The translations under genes were made by a program, and so were the position numbers. DNA of 60,395 nt from positions 1-60,395 of the IMG/VR virus record IMGVR_UViG_3300032116_000204. One strand, written 5' to 3'. The stretch is from a virus. Taxonomy: Duplodnaviria > Caudoviricetes. Within the stretch, counting starts at the first letter, position 1. Each line of letters starts with the position of its first letter. Positions 1 to 9,266 of the stretch are shown one piece after another. The notes below the pieces were generated by a model. The model saw nothing but the letters and a program-made list of their open reading frames with translations, was not told where the DNA came from and made no database searches.

Positions 1-865
1 GGGTGATCGCACCTGTTAGCGGATTCCAAGTGCAGTAGTTTCCCCTCACACTTCCCCCCAGCCCGTCATCGGTGCCGTAAGAAGTCGGGGTGTCTACGAG
101 CGAATCGTTGCCTGCACCAGCGGTGACACTGAGGTTATTGGGCGTCCAGTTATTGGAATTCCCGCTGTAATCCTTGCCAAGGGTGGTGGCAGTAGCGGCT
201 GAGTTATCGGAGAACTTCAGCCAGAATCCATTTGTACCAAAGCTGCCGGTGTAAGCCTTAGGAATCAGTTGCCCAGTAGTGGCACTGACTTCTGTGAAGC
301 TGCTGGGGTCTAGGGCTTGGCCGTCGATGAAGTGGACGTCGGCGAGGTAGCCAGATAATGTGGCAGTTCCAGCAGATGTTGCACCTATCGAATGTGCCGC
401 TGTCTGGTTAATACCAAGGTCGTCGTTTTGATTTGGATTTGCCGAAGACGAAAAAGCCGTAACCTCAGATCCGTTAACGTATAGCTTGATTCGATTTGCC
501 GCAGTTGCTTGTGTGGTATCTACGGCTAAGACGATGTGATACCAAGCGCTAGGATCTCTATAGACGGCAGATGTCTGCCTAAGGTTGTTGTTGTAGTTAG
601 AAACACGGATGCTGTCGCTTACAAACCAAAGACGGAAATACGTTGCGTCAGTTGCTCCGGTTGTACAAGTAAATAGGTGTGGATTTTCTGAAGTCGCAAC
701 GCCCTTCACCCACCCCGCCCAGGTCCACGTCTTCCTATTGCCCGCTGATGCAGGTGTTCTGGACAAGTAGGCACTGTCACTACTGTTGAAGCGGAGGGAT
801 CTGGGAATGGTGTACCCAGCGCCACCTTCTTGGCCCAGAAGCAGGTCACTTTGGATCATGCTCAT
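1..865 (-). CDS. Distal tail fibre / receptor-binding protein, module A copy (runs off window start)
   Basis: ATG at 865 overlaps the stop of the upstream fibre gene; colinear and near-identical to the 5' part of 37865..39511 (MSMIQSDLLLGQEGG...SLRFNSSDSAYLSRTP). Confidence 0.85.
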   Translation of the reverse strand, partial: MSMIQSDLLLGQEGGAGYTIPRSLRFNSSDSAYLSRTPASAGNRKTWTWAGWVKGVATSENPHLFTCTTGATDATYFRLWFVSDSIRVSNYNNNLRQTSAVYRDPSAWYHIVLAVDTTQATAANRIKLYVNGSEVTAFSSSANPNQNDDLGINQTAAHSIGATSAGTATLSGYLADVHFIDGQALDPSSFTEVSATTGQLIPKAYTGSFGTNGFWLKFSDNSAATATTLGKDYSGNSNNWTPNNLSVTAGAGNDSLVDTPTSYGTDDGLGGSVRGNYCTWNPLTGAIT

Positions 866-960
866 TTCACGTCACCGATAAAGCGGACAGCAATGCGAGA
901 AGCGGACTCGACGTGGAACGCCAGCAGATCCACTGAGTTAGCCGCAGTCGTGAGTGTGGG
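1..960. repeat. Long direct repeat, copy 1 (tail-fibre junction)
   Basis: Aligns without net indel to 38647..39606 (offset 38,646); nt 1-127 identical, then scattered substitutions and a more diverged patch at about 150-213. Confidence 0.95.
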
Positions 961-2514
961 TGCAGTCCCACCCGGGAACTTGTAGATGCTGTTGTACGCC
1001 AAGGTCCTGGACCCCGTGCCGTCCTGCACCACGCGGATCACACCGCTCTGACCTGCCACCACATTGGTCGGCGCTCCCAGTGTGCGATTGCCGCCCAGGG
1101 TGACCTGGTAGTGGTTCCCGAGTGACAGGTCCACAGCCACAGTTGCAGCATCCGTAAGGGTCACATAGGCCCCTCTCTGCGCTTTCGTGAAGGTCTGTGC
1201 AACGTCAGTCTTTGCGGTGTCTGCATCCAGCGGCTGGAACAGCGCGTTCGCTTCAGCCTTGGTGTAGTGGTCGGCAACGACAAAGTTGCCAAATGCCATC
1301 ACCTGCAGCACATCATTCAACGACGCGCCGCTGGTCAGCACGATGCTGGTGCCTGTCGTGGCGGTGTAGTCATCCCCGGGGCGCAACACCGCACCGTTCA
1401 AGCTGACGATGATCGTGTCTGACGAGTAACTCAGGGAGACCCCGTTGGCATCAGCTCCACTGAACGTGGTCTGTCCTGCCGTGGCGACGTACTCATAGGT
1501 CTCCATCACGCCAACAATGGCGCTGGTGGCATCTATCCAGCCGCCGACGGTGCTGTACACCCGCATCCGGCTGGTGACCGTGTTGAAGTAGATGGCCCCC
1601 GAAACCAACGGGTTGCCGTCGTTATCAACCGTGGGATCTGAAGTCTTAGGACCCAGATAGCGGTCGTCAAAGTTATCGAGCAGTGCCGCTGCAGACGCTG
1701 CAGACGCTGCAGCATCAATGGCCGAAAGCGATGCCGCTGAGGCGCTACCGCTTGCCGCCGATGCACTACCGCTTGCCGCCGATGCGCTGCCGCTGGCGGC
1801 GCTAGCGGACGTGGCAGCTTGCTGTGCGTGGTACTTGGCGCTGTATTCCCCGCCAGCAACCGGGCTGCTGGTCTTGGTGGCCCAGTCATTGGCAAGGGCA
1901 GCAGAAGCAGCAGCAGCCGCTGCATCAGCCGCTGCACTGGCGACACCTACATCGAACTGCCCTTTGGTCACCGCATCAGTTGATGCAGTGCCATTGGCAA
2001 GGCCTGTGATCTTATTGCCGCCCATAGGTAGGGCGCCAGTCATGGCCTGGGTGCCGTCGCGCCTCAGCCTCAGCGCATCCTGTGTGTCGACATAGTTCTT
2101 GGTCGCTGCATCCTGCGCAGATATGGGGTCAGCAACATTGGTGAGCCTGCTGTTGCCCAGTGTCGGCAGACCTGTTGCTGGGTCCACCGACACCGTTTGC
2201 CCTTGGTTGTCCAGCAGCTCCTGCTCGATGTACAGGTGCTGCAAGTTGCTGGTGTCAAAGTCGACCGCCACCGGAGTGGAGCCATCCGTGAAATCAACCA
2301 GTGGTGAAGCAGCTGGCGTTGATCGCCGTACTTCCACCTTGGTCCCATTGACTGGCGCCGTAGCCAGCTGCACGGTGCTGGCATTGACCCAGGTGTAGGA
2401 CTGGCTGACCTGGTTGACGTTCACATAGACGTGTTCACGCCTGATGTAAGAAAACGGCACCGCATACTGCGTAGTCGCCCCGTTCCCTGTGTAGGTGACG
2501 TAGGAATAAGCCAT
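862..2514 (-). CDS. Tail fibre/adapter protein with T7 gp17-like N-terminal domain, module A
   Basis: N-terminus MAYSYVTYTGNGATTQYAVPFSY...VRRSTP...VDFTDGS typical of gp17 N-domain; DPxxxQDAATKNYVD motif; ASGSASA heptad repeats; C-terminus shared with 39508..41511. Confidence 0.9.
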   Translation of the reverse strand: MAYSYVTYTGNGATTQYAVPFSYIRREHVYVNVNQVSQSYTWVNASTVQLATAPVNGTKVEVRRSTPAASPLVDFTDGSTPVAVDFDTSNLQHLYIEQELLDNQGQTVSVDPATGLPTLGNSRLTNVADPISAQDAATKNYVDTQDALRLRRDGTQAMTGALPMGGNKITGLANGTASTDAVTKGQFDVGVASAAADAAAAAASAALANDWATKTSSPVAGGEYSAKYHAQQAATSASAASGSASAASGSASAASGSASAASLSAIDAAASAASAAALLDNFDDRYLGPKTSDPTVDNDGNPLVSGAIYFNTVTSRMRVYSTVGGWIDATSAIVGVMETYEYVATAGQTTFSGADANGVSLSYSSDTIIVSLNGAVLRPGDDYTATTGTSIVLTSGASLNDVLQVMAFGNFVVADHYTKAEANALFQPLDADTAKTDVAQTFTKAQRGAYVTLTDAATVAVDLSLGNHYQVTLGGNRTLGAPTNVVAGQSGVIRVVQDGTGSRTLAYNSIYKFPGGTAPTLTTAANSVDLLAFHVESASRIAVRFIGDVK

Positions 2515-5500
2515 CAGCGCAAGCTCTCCACAAAGGCCTGGGGATCAATCTCCTGGCCGTATTTAAGCCGGAACTGAACGTCCCGGTTAGCACCTTCAGC
2601 CCAGTCGGTGTTGTCCATCAGGCGCTTGCCGTAGGGCCCGCTGAGGAAGGTCTCGCGTCCCAGGGCCAGGTACTTGGCGATCACGGTGTTCAGTGCCGAA
2701 GCCCGCAGGCTGACCACCTGTTCGCTTGGCATGCCGGGTGGGTTGTTGCGGTACAGGTCGCTGTTGGTTTCCTCCTCGAGGGCCTGCAGCAAAGTGCGAC
2801 CGAACTGATCCGGGGTGCGGCTGATCGCCAGCACGTACTGCTCGAACTCCTGGGGGCTCAGGCGGTTGTCCTTGATCTTCCCGCCAGCAGTGAAATCCGT
2901 GGCCCGGGGGCCCACGAACCCTGCGCCGCGGCCTGTCAGCTGCCCCATCTCCCGCAGCACCTTCTCGCCAGGTTCACCCTTCAGTTGGAACGGTGCGGCC
3001 GGGTTGAACTGCATGGCATAGGACAGCCACGGAGAATCGGGTGGCAGGAATTGATCGCCCCATACACCCGACAGGATCACCGGATCACCCGTGATCCAGT
3101 TGCGCTTGGGAGGTAGGACCTGCGACCAACCCGGGATCATGTTCTTGATCTCGCCCAGGGTCTCCTCGAACAGGCGCATGCCCAGGTTGGAGCTGTTGCT
3201 GGGCGGCACCTCCCGGGCCGTGGGGTCTTCGATGCGACGGCCAGCCCGCAGTGAGCTGCTGCCAGGCACAAAGCTGGCGACCAGTCGTTCGATGTACCGG
3301 GCAGTGGGGTGCCTGCGGTTGGGGCCGATGTCGGTCTCACCCAGGCCCATGGCCATCTCGTAGAGCTCGGTGAAGCCCTGGTAGTAGGACTTCTGCAACT
3401 GGCCGGTGGCCACCGCCGTCACCAGGTCGAGCACTAGGGCAGAGCCCAGCCGCTCCCGGGCCTCCACGCTCACCTTGTTGGCCAGCTCGTGGTAGTCGGC
3501 CAGGCCGCCGAACAGGGACGCATACGGATCCATGGCCCGCATGGAGATCCAGTCGGTGTACACCGGGTTGCCGTTTTCGTCGGTGCCGATGCGGAACCGC
3601 ATGGAGTAGGGCTGCTTACCCTGCTGGTCCATCCACTTCCGACGTGCATCCGGGTTGGTGGGGCCACCGCCGGTGAACTCGATGTTGCCGTGGGTCATGG
3701 CGATGCTGGCCAGGCTGATGGCAGCAGCGCCAGTCGCAATGTCGCCATAGGCCCGATCACGGGTCATGGCGTCCTCGGAGAACACATCACGCCACCAGGT
3801 GTCGACCAGGGGCGCCAGGGGCGTCTTGCGAGCCACGGACTTCACGATGTCCCCAGGCGTCCGGTTGAAGGGCTGCACCATGGCAAACAGGGGGGCCAGC
3901 GGGGAATCCAGGCCCATCTGCCAGATGCGTGGCATCAGGCTGAAGGTACGTGCGAAGAACGGGATGTCGTCGAACTTCATCCCCATCACCTTGGGCCCGT
4001 TGTTCATGTAGTCCTGGGCGAAGGACGTGGCCTCGTCGTCCTTGAGCCCCTTGGCTTCTGCCAGCTCCATGCCGCGTTGCATGGTGCGGGGTTCCATCTG
4101 CGCCCAGATGTCATCGGTGAACGTGGCCCACCGCATGGCGGTCTGTGCATGCGGGCTATCCATCACCCCATCGAGGATGGTCTTGCCGTCCACCACCAGG
4201 TCCTGGAGCCTGCGGTCGACCGCTGCCTGCGCATACTCCTGCGCGAACTTCCACGCCTCAGGGCTGTTGCCGTCCATGCCCAGCCGCACCGCATGGTCGA
4301 GGCCTGGCTGCAGGTTGCGGACGTACTCGAAGGACTGGCCGATCAGGGTCTTGAAGGCAGAGTCCACCGACACTTGCAGGCGGCTCGAGAGGTTGAGCCC
4401 CTGCCACAGGCGCTTCTGCGCAATGGCCCAGTTGCTCTTGTCCTGCACCGACAGCCAGGGCACGGTGTTCAGGTTCCACTCACCTTTCTGGGCAGCCGTG
4501 TCGATCAGCTGGCCTTGGGCGTCTTGGGCTGCCAGGCGATCCAGGAAGTCCACCTGGCTGCGATCCAGGTCAAACAGGCCGCGGCCAACCTTGAACGACT
4601 CCACGCCCATGCGGAAGGCGTTGGCCAGGTTGCTCACGTACTGGCCGTAGATCATCAGGGACCTGCTGGCCCGCACTGGGTGGCCGGTGACCATGGCACC
4701 CATGGCCTGCGTCAGTGGCATCTCCACTGTGCGCAGGGCGCTGTTGATCACGTTGCCCCACAGCGTGATGCCAGACGACAGCAGCTGGCTGGAGCGGTAC
4801 ATCATCAGGCCACGGGCGCCCAGGTTCACGCCCTTGTTGAACTTGGACCAGAAGCCCTGGGAGAAGCCGGGGGTGACAGCACCCTGGGCCAGGTTGAGAG
4901 CCAGGGCCTGGAACTCCTCGATCACCTTCGGGTTGTCGTACCGGCCCGTGACGATGGCCTCCTGCGCTTCAGGGCTGATGCGGGTGCCGATGGTTTCGGC
5001 AACCAGCTCCTCTTGGTCCTTCGCCAGCTCACGCTCGAAGTCGCCAGCCAGGTCCTTGCCAGGGCCCATCACCTCCACGTCGACAGCAGCGGCTGCTCCC
5101 TCCCCATCGCGGAAGGGCACAGAGCCAGGCTCAGGCCGCGGCACTTGGGTGCTGCGCAGCAGCTGGCCCAGGGGCCTGGTGACGGACTCAAAGGCACGGT
5201 TGGCCCGGTCAGCCTGCGCTGCAGCAGTGACCAGTTCAGCCGTCAGCTTGCCGAAGTCCGCACCTGCATCCGCCTGGCCATTCAGCCAACGGTTGGCAGC
5301 GATGCCTGCCTGCATGTTGGTGTGGTCCAGGTACATGCCTGCAGCACGCATGGCCACCAGGTTTTCCCGGTAGGCCGACAGTGGCCCGCTCAGCCGCTTC
5401 AGGTTCTCGAGGACTGCCTTGCTGCTGTAGTTGTTCTTGGCCAGCCATTGGGCGGTGTCGCCAATGATCTGCTCGTCGGTCATCACTGGGATGCCGGTGG

Positions 5501-8500
5501 CATCAGGCCGACTCACCAGGTCGCTGTGCGCCCGGTAAGCCTCCACCATCGTCGCCGGCTGGATGGGCTGGTACTTGGTGGCGCCAGAGGGGGACTCCAG
5601 CTTCTGGACGTTGTTGGCCAGCAGGTCATCAATGGTGAGCTCACCAGCGTCGATGGCTGCACGGTTGGCCTGAATCTGATCCACGAAGCGACGGGCCCAT
5701 TCCTCGTCCGGGGTGGGCGGGACAACAGACACCTCGTCGGCCTCCTGGTACAGGCGCCCGCGGAAGCGGTTGTCCTTCCCGCCCAGGGGGATCATGTCCA
5801 TGTCCCGGATGGCGTTCAGCATGTTCTTGCGACGCAGCCCCTGGCTGGCAGCACGCACCTCCTCGATGGTGGCCTCACCGCCTTGGGCCACTCGCTCACG
5901 GAGTGCCATCGCCTCGTCCGCAACCGCGTAGGCATTGCCCAGGCCTTGGCGGGTTTCGGCAAACTTGCCGCTGTAGGCCTGCTCAAAGATTGACTTGACG
6001 GACGTCCAGCCGCGGCCACGGATGAAGTTATTGGTCTTCTCGATGAAGTCCAACAGGGTGTCCAGGACCCTCACGCCGCCATTCAGGACGTCCTGGGCGA
6101 GCTTCTCGCCGCGGGGGATTTCATCCAGGCCTCTGTAGCCCCTCAGCTGGTTTTCGGTGGCACCACCCATGAAGGCGATGGGGTCGATGTCCTGCTTCCT
6201 GGCGTAGGCGAATTTCTGGAAGGCGATGGCCTGCTGCTCAACCAGGCTGATCTTGTCGCCACGCTTGGCCGCAGCCTTGATCTTGTCGCCCGCGGCCACC
6301 GACAGTTTCATCTGCGACCAGAAGCTGTTGAGCGCCTTCAGCTCCTTTTGGGTGAGGAAGTTGAACTGCACCCGGTGGAAGGCTTCGTGGAAGGCCGTCT
6401 GCTGCTGGCCGGGAATGCCCCGGGCTCCCACGCCATTCAGTTGGATCAGGTCCTCGATGGGGTCATAGGACCCATTCATGTAGGTCAGATCCTCCGGGTC
6501 GCCAGTGCCGCCCCATTCCTTGGGTCGCTGCCGCATCTCAAAGGCCTGCTGGTATCGGATGGCGACGTCATCACCAGCAACGCGGCGGATGTCCTCGGTC
6601 AGCTCCTTGGTGAAGGCTTGGACGAACTCAGGGTCCAGAGGGCGCATGCCGGTGGCAGGCACGAACTCCTCGGTCGATGCCAGGGCCTGGCCGCTTGCCC
6701 GCCGCTCCAGCTCAGCCTGCACTGCTGCACGCTTCTCCGGTGGCAGCACAGCCAGGGCTCGATCCAGCAGGGCTTTGGTCTCTGCGCTCTGCGCAGGTGC
6801 TGAACTTCCCGCACTTGGGACACTCGGTTCCGGTGCAGCAGCTGCAGGAGCGGTCTGCTCCATGGGCAACGACGGGCCGTTCAGCTCGTCATCAATGGCC
6901 TGGCGCAGGCGCTCGAGGTTCTCACCCACCACCACCTTGGCGTTGCGCTTGCCCTTGATCTGGCCTGCCATCTCATTCAGCAGGTCACGCACCGGGCCGG
7001 TGTAGCCAGCCACCCGGTTGAACACGGCGACGGCCTGAGCGGCTTCATCCCTCGCAGCCTTGCTGCCAGCCACGTTGATGACGTTGCCAGCGGCTTCCAG
7101 GTAGCTGGTGCGCTTCATGTTGGCAGCCGACGTGAGGGCCACCATTTCCTCGCGCATGGCCTTGAAGGCCTCGGTGCGGACGTCCAGCAGCTGGTTGAAG
7201 TTGCTGGTCTTGAACATCTCCTCCATGCCGGGGAGGGTGGGACCCGCGGACTCGTCGACAGCAGTCCCAGCGAACTTGGCCTCCTGCATGGCCTGGGCGA
7301 TCTTCTCCGCCGACCATTTGCGCTTGATGGCTTCAGCAGCCACGTCGCTGACCACCTGCTGGTCCAGTGGCTCGCTGCCCAGGGCGATGGCCTTGGCCAG
7401 GTCCAGCTTGCCGGTGCTGAGCTTGTCGAACAGGTGCTGCGGCAGGCGGCTCAGGGGGATGGCGTCCCTGGCGACAGGGCCGCTGAGATTGACGCCCTCA
7501 TTGGCGATGTCTTCAGCCGTCATGCCGGAGTCGCGCATGATCTTGGCGGCATCCACGGGGGTGCCGTTGCCCTCCGCGATGTTCTGCAGGGCTCCGGTGA
7601 CGCGGGCTTCTTCTGCGGTGTTGGCCGTCAGGTACCGCACCAGGACCTTGCGGGTGCCGTCCTCCTTGGCCAGGCGCAGTCGGTTGTGGCCGTTCACCAC
7701 ATAGACCAGGCCAGGTTCGCCCAGCTGGCCATTCACGTCCCGCCAGACGCTGATGATTCCGGCCAGCTCAGGGTTGTAGCCCTTGGATTCAGCCAGGGAT
7801 CCACTGGCGCCGGATTTGGTGAGGCGGCCCGCCTCTTTGAACTGCATCACCTGCGGGGCGGCGATGACGCTCTGCGGATCGATCTCTCCCACTTCCCCAT
7901 AAACGGGGGCCTGCATGTCAGGCCTGGGCTGCACCGGGGTTGGTACGGGCTCAGGGGCTGCAGCAGCAGGGGCTGCAGCCGGCTCGGGCGCAGGCGCAGC
8001 AGCTGCAGGGGCAGGGGCAGGGGCAGCAGGTGCTGCAGCCTGGGTGGGAACAGGTTGCGGGTTGCGGGGATCCAGCAGGTTGTTCTGGATCTCGGGTCCG
8101 TTCTCCCACTGCGGGGTGTACTCCCGGGCCTGCTGGTACGGGTTGACGCGGGGCGCTTCAGGCACCGTGTTGGCCTGCTTGACCATCTCCCGCTGCAGGT
8201 TCTCTGTCGCCTCCTTCGCAGCAGCTGCAGCAGCAGGCTTGTCCTCAGGTGCTGCATTGCGCAGCCGCTCCACGTACTTGCCTGCGCGGAAGGCCCGCAT
8301 CAGGAACTCAACGGTGGAGCCAACGAAGGCACCCTCCACTGCGTTTTTCAGTCGGCCCTGTACACCGACGTCACCAGGCTTGGACTTCAGGTAGTCGAGG
8401 AAGGGCACCTCGAGTGGGGTGCCGGCGACCTTCTTCTTCAGGTTGTCGGCCAGGTCATACAGGCGGCTTTCGTTTTGGTCGAAACCAGCGAAGTCGATCA

Positions 8501-9263
8501 GCGCACCAGTCGCTGCACCCTTGCCCACCAGGTTGCTGACGACAGCCTCACCGGCCCCTGCAGCGATGGTCGCGGGCTTCTGCAGGCCAGGGGCCAGCTT
8601 GCTGATCTGTGCAGCCTTGGCGGCTTTGTACGCATCAGCCGCCTTGTCCGCCGTCGTAACAACTCGTGCCGCGCCAGGTAGCGCCTTCAGGCCTTTGCCG
8701 ACCAGGCCCACTGCCTTGGTGGCGGGGAACCACTCAATGGCCACCTGGGCGACACCAGTGGCCAGGTCTTCTGCAGGGCCGCTGCTCTTTGCCTTGGCCA
8801 GGGGAGGCAGGAAGCCCAGGAAAGGAGCGTCCGGCATCTCCTTGCTGGTGGGCTTGATCGCCGTGTCGCCAAAGGCGGCAGGGATGTCAGCGGTCAGCAG
8901 GTCGCTGGTCTCCTGCAGGAAGTTGCGGGTGGCATTGGTTGCTGTGCGGGCGATGGCCTTGCCAGCACCGGGTCCCTCCAGCGTTTGCATGTAGGCCCGC
9001 TGGCCTGCGCCGAAGGCCTGGCCCAGATCACGACCCTGCTGCAGCTGGTTCACGCCAGTGCCAAGGGCTGTGCCACCTGCCTGTATCAGTGAAGTCAGAA
9101 CACCAATAGGGGTGTTGTTGACTGCATCCATCAGCCCGCCAAGGCCACCTTGCTGTTGCTTCGGCTTGGCAGCAGGTTTGGGCTCATTGCCCATGCCTTT
9201 CGGGGCGACATAGACCTGCCGCTCCTCGCCAGTCTGCGGGTCCTTGACGACTTGGATAGGCAT
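2514..9263 (-). CDS. Giant internal virion (ejection) protein, gp16-like, polyvalent (ParB-like and HExxH domains), 2249 aa
   Basis: Position between gp15-like and tail fibre genes; VYVVNGHNRL ParB-like motif; FHEAFH zincin motif; C-terminal half shares motifs with 41554..44841. Confidence 0.8.
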   Translation of the reverse strand: MPIQVVKDPQTGEERQVYVAPKGMGNEPKPAAKPKQQQGGLGGLMDAVNNTPIGVLTSLIQAGGTALGTGVNQLQQGRDLGQAFGAGQRAYMQTLEGPGAGKAIARTATNATRNFLQETSDLLTADIPAAFGDTAIKPTSKEMPDAPFLGFLPPLAKAKSSGPAEDLATGVAQVAIEWFPATKAVGLVGKGLKALPGAARVVTTADKAADAYKAAKAAQISKLAPGLQKPATIAAGAGEAVVSNLVGKGAATGALIDFAGFDQNESRLYDLADNLKKKVAGTPLEVPFLDYLKSKPGDVGVQGRLKNAVEGAFVGSTVEFLMRAFRAGKYVERLRNAAPEDKPAAAAAAKEATENLQREMVKQANTVPEAPRVNPYQQAREYTPQWENGPEIQNNLLDPRNPQPVPTQAAAPAAPAPAPAAAAPAPEPAAAPAAAAPEPVPTPVQPRPDMQAPVYGEVGEIDPQSVIAAPQVMQFKEAGRLTKSGASGSLAESKGYNPELAGIISVWRDVNGQLGEPGLVYVVNGHNRLRLAKEDGTRKVLVRYLTANTAEEARVTGALQNIAEGNGTPVDAAKIMRDSGMTAEDIANEGVNLSGPVARDAIPLSRLPQHLFDKLSTGKLDLAKAIALGSEPLDQQVVSDVAAEAIKRKWSAEKIAQAMQEAKFAGTAVDESAGPTLPGMEEMFKTSNFNQLLDVRTEAFKAMREEMVALTSAANMKRTSYLEAAGNVINVAGSKAARDEAAQAVAVFNRVAGYTGPVRDLLNEMAGQIKGKRNAKVVVGENLERLRQAIDDELNGPSLPMEQTAPAAAAPEPSVPSAGSSAPAQSAETKALLDRALAVLPPEKRAAVQAELERRASGQALASTEEFVPATGMRPLDPEFVQAFTKELTEDIRRVAGDDVAIRYQQAFEMRQRPKEWGGTGDPEDLTYMNGSYDPIEDLIQLNGVGARGIPGQQQTAFHEAFHRVQFNFLTQKELKALNSFWSQMKLSVAAGDKIKAAAKRGDKISLVEQQAIAFQKFAYARKQDIDPIAFMGGATENQLRGYRGLDEIPRGEKLAQDVLNGGVRVLDTLLDFIEKTNNFIRGRGWTSVKSIFEQAYSGKFAETRQGLGNAYAVADEAMALRERVAQGGEATIEEVRAASQGLRRKNMLNAIRDMDMIPLGGKDNRFRGRLYQEADEVSVVPPTPDEEWARRFVDQIQANRAAIDAGELTIDDLLANNVQKLESPSGATKYQPIQPATMVEAYRAHSDLVSRPDATGIPVMTDEQIIGDTAQWLAKNNYSSKAVLENLKRLSGPLSAYRENLVAMRAAGMYLDHTNMQAGIAANRWLNGQADAGADFGKLTAELVTAAAQADRANRAFESVTRPLGQLLRSTQVPRPEPGSVPFRDGEGAAAAVDVEVMGPGKDLAGDFERELAKDQEELVAETIGTRISPEAQEAIVTGRYDNPKVIEEFQALALNLAQGAVTPGFSQGFWSKFNKGVNLGARGLMMYRSSQLLSSGITLWGNVINSALRTVEMPLTQAMGAMVTGHPVRASRSLMIYGQYVSNLANAFRMGVESFKVGRGLFDLDRSQVDFLDRLAAQDAQGQLIDTAAQKGEWNLNTVPWLSVQDKSNWAIAQKRLWQGLNLSSRLQVSVDSAFKTLIGQSFEYVRNLQPGLDHAVRLGMDGNSPEAWKFAQEYAQAAVDRRLQDLVVDGKTILDGVMDSPHAQTAMRWATFTDDIWAQMEPRTMQRGMELAEAKGLKDDEATSFAQDYMNNGPKVMGMKFDDIPFFARTFSLMPRIWQMGLDSPLAPLFAMVQPFNRTPGDIVKSVARKTPLAPLVDTWWRDVFSEDAMTRDRAYGDIATGAAAISLASIAMTHGNIEFTGGGPTNPDARRKWMDQQGKQPYSMRFRIGTDENGNPVYTDWISMRAMDPYASLFGGLADYHELANKVSVEARERLGSALVLDLVTAVATGQLQKSYYQGFTELYEMAMGLGETDIGPNRRHPTARYIERLVASFVPGSSSLRAGRRIEDPTAREVPPSNSSNLGMRLFEETLGEIKNMIPGWSQVLPPKRNWITGDPVILSGVWGDQFLPPDSPWLSYAMQFNPAAPFQLKGEPGEKVLREMGQLTGRGAGFVGPRATDFTAGGKIKDNRLSPQEFEQYVLAISRTPDQFGRTLLQALEEETNSDLYRNNPPGMPSEQVVSLRASALNTVIAKYLALGRETFLSGPYGKRLMDNTDWAEGANRDVQFRLKYGQEIDPQAFVESLR

Positions 9264-9266
9264 GGC

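Noticed and set aside
1-960. Diversity-generating retroelement template/variable repeat pair
   Set aside because: No reverse transcriptase seen, the repeat is far longer than a typical TR/VR, and the differences look mostly synonymous rather than adenine-specific
3489-5993. Long plus-strand ORFs (834 aa here; also 7434..8681, 26335..27570, 42829..44262, 45351..46553)
   Set aside because: Antisense shadows of motif-supported minus-strand genes, expected in high-GC DNA
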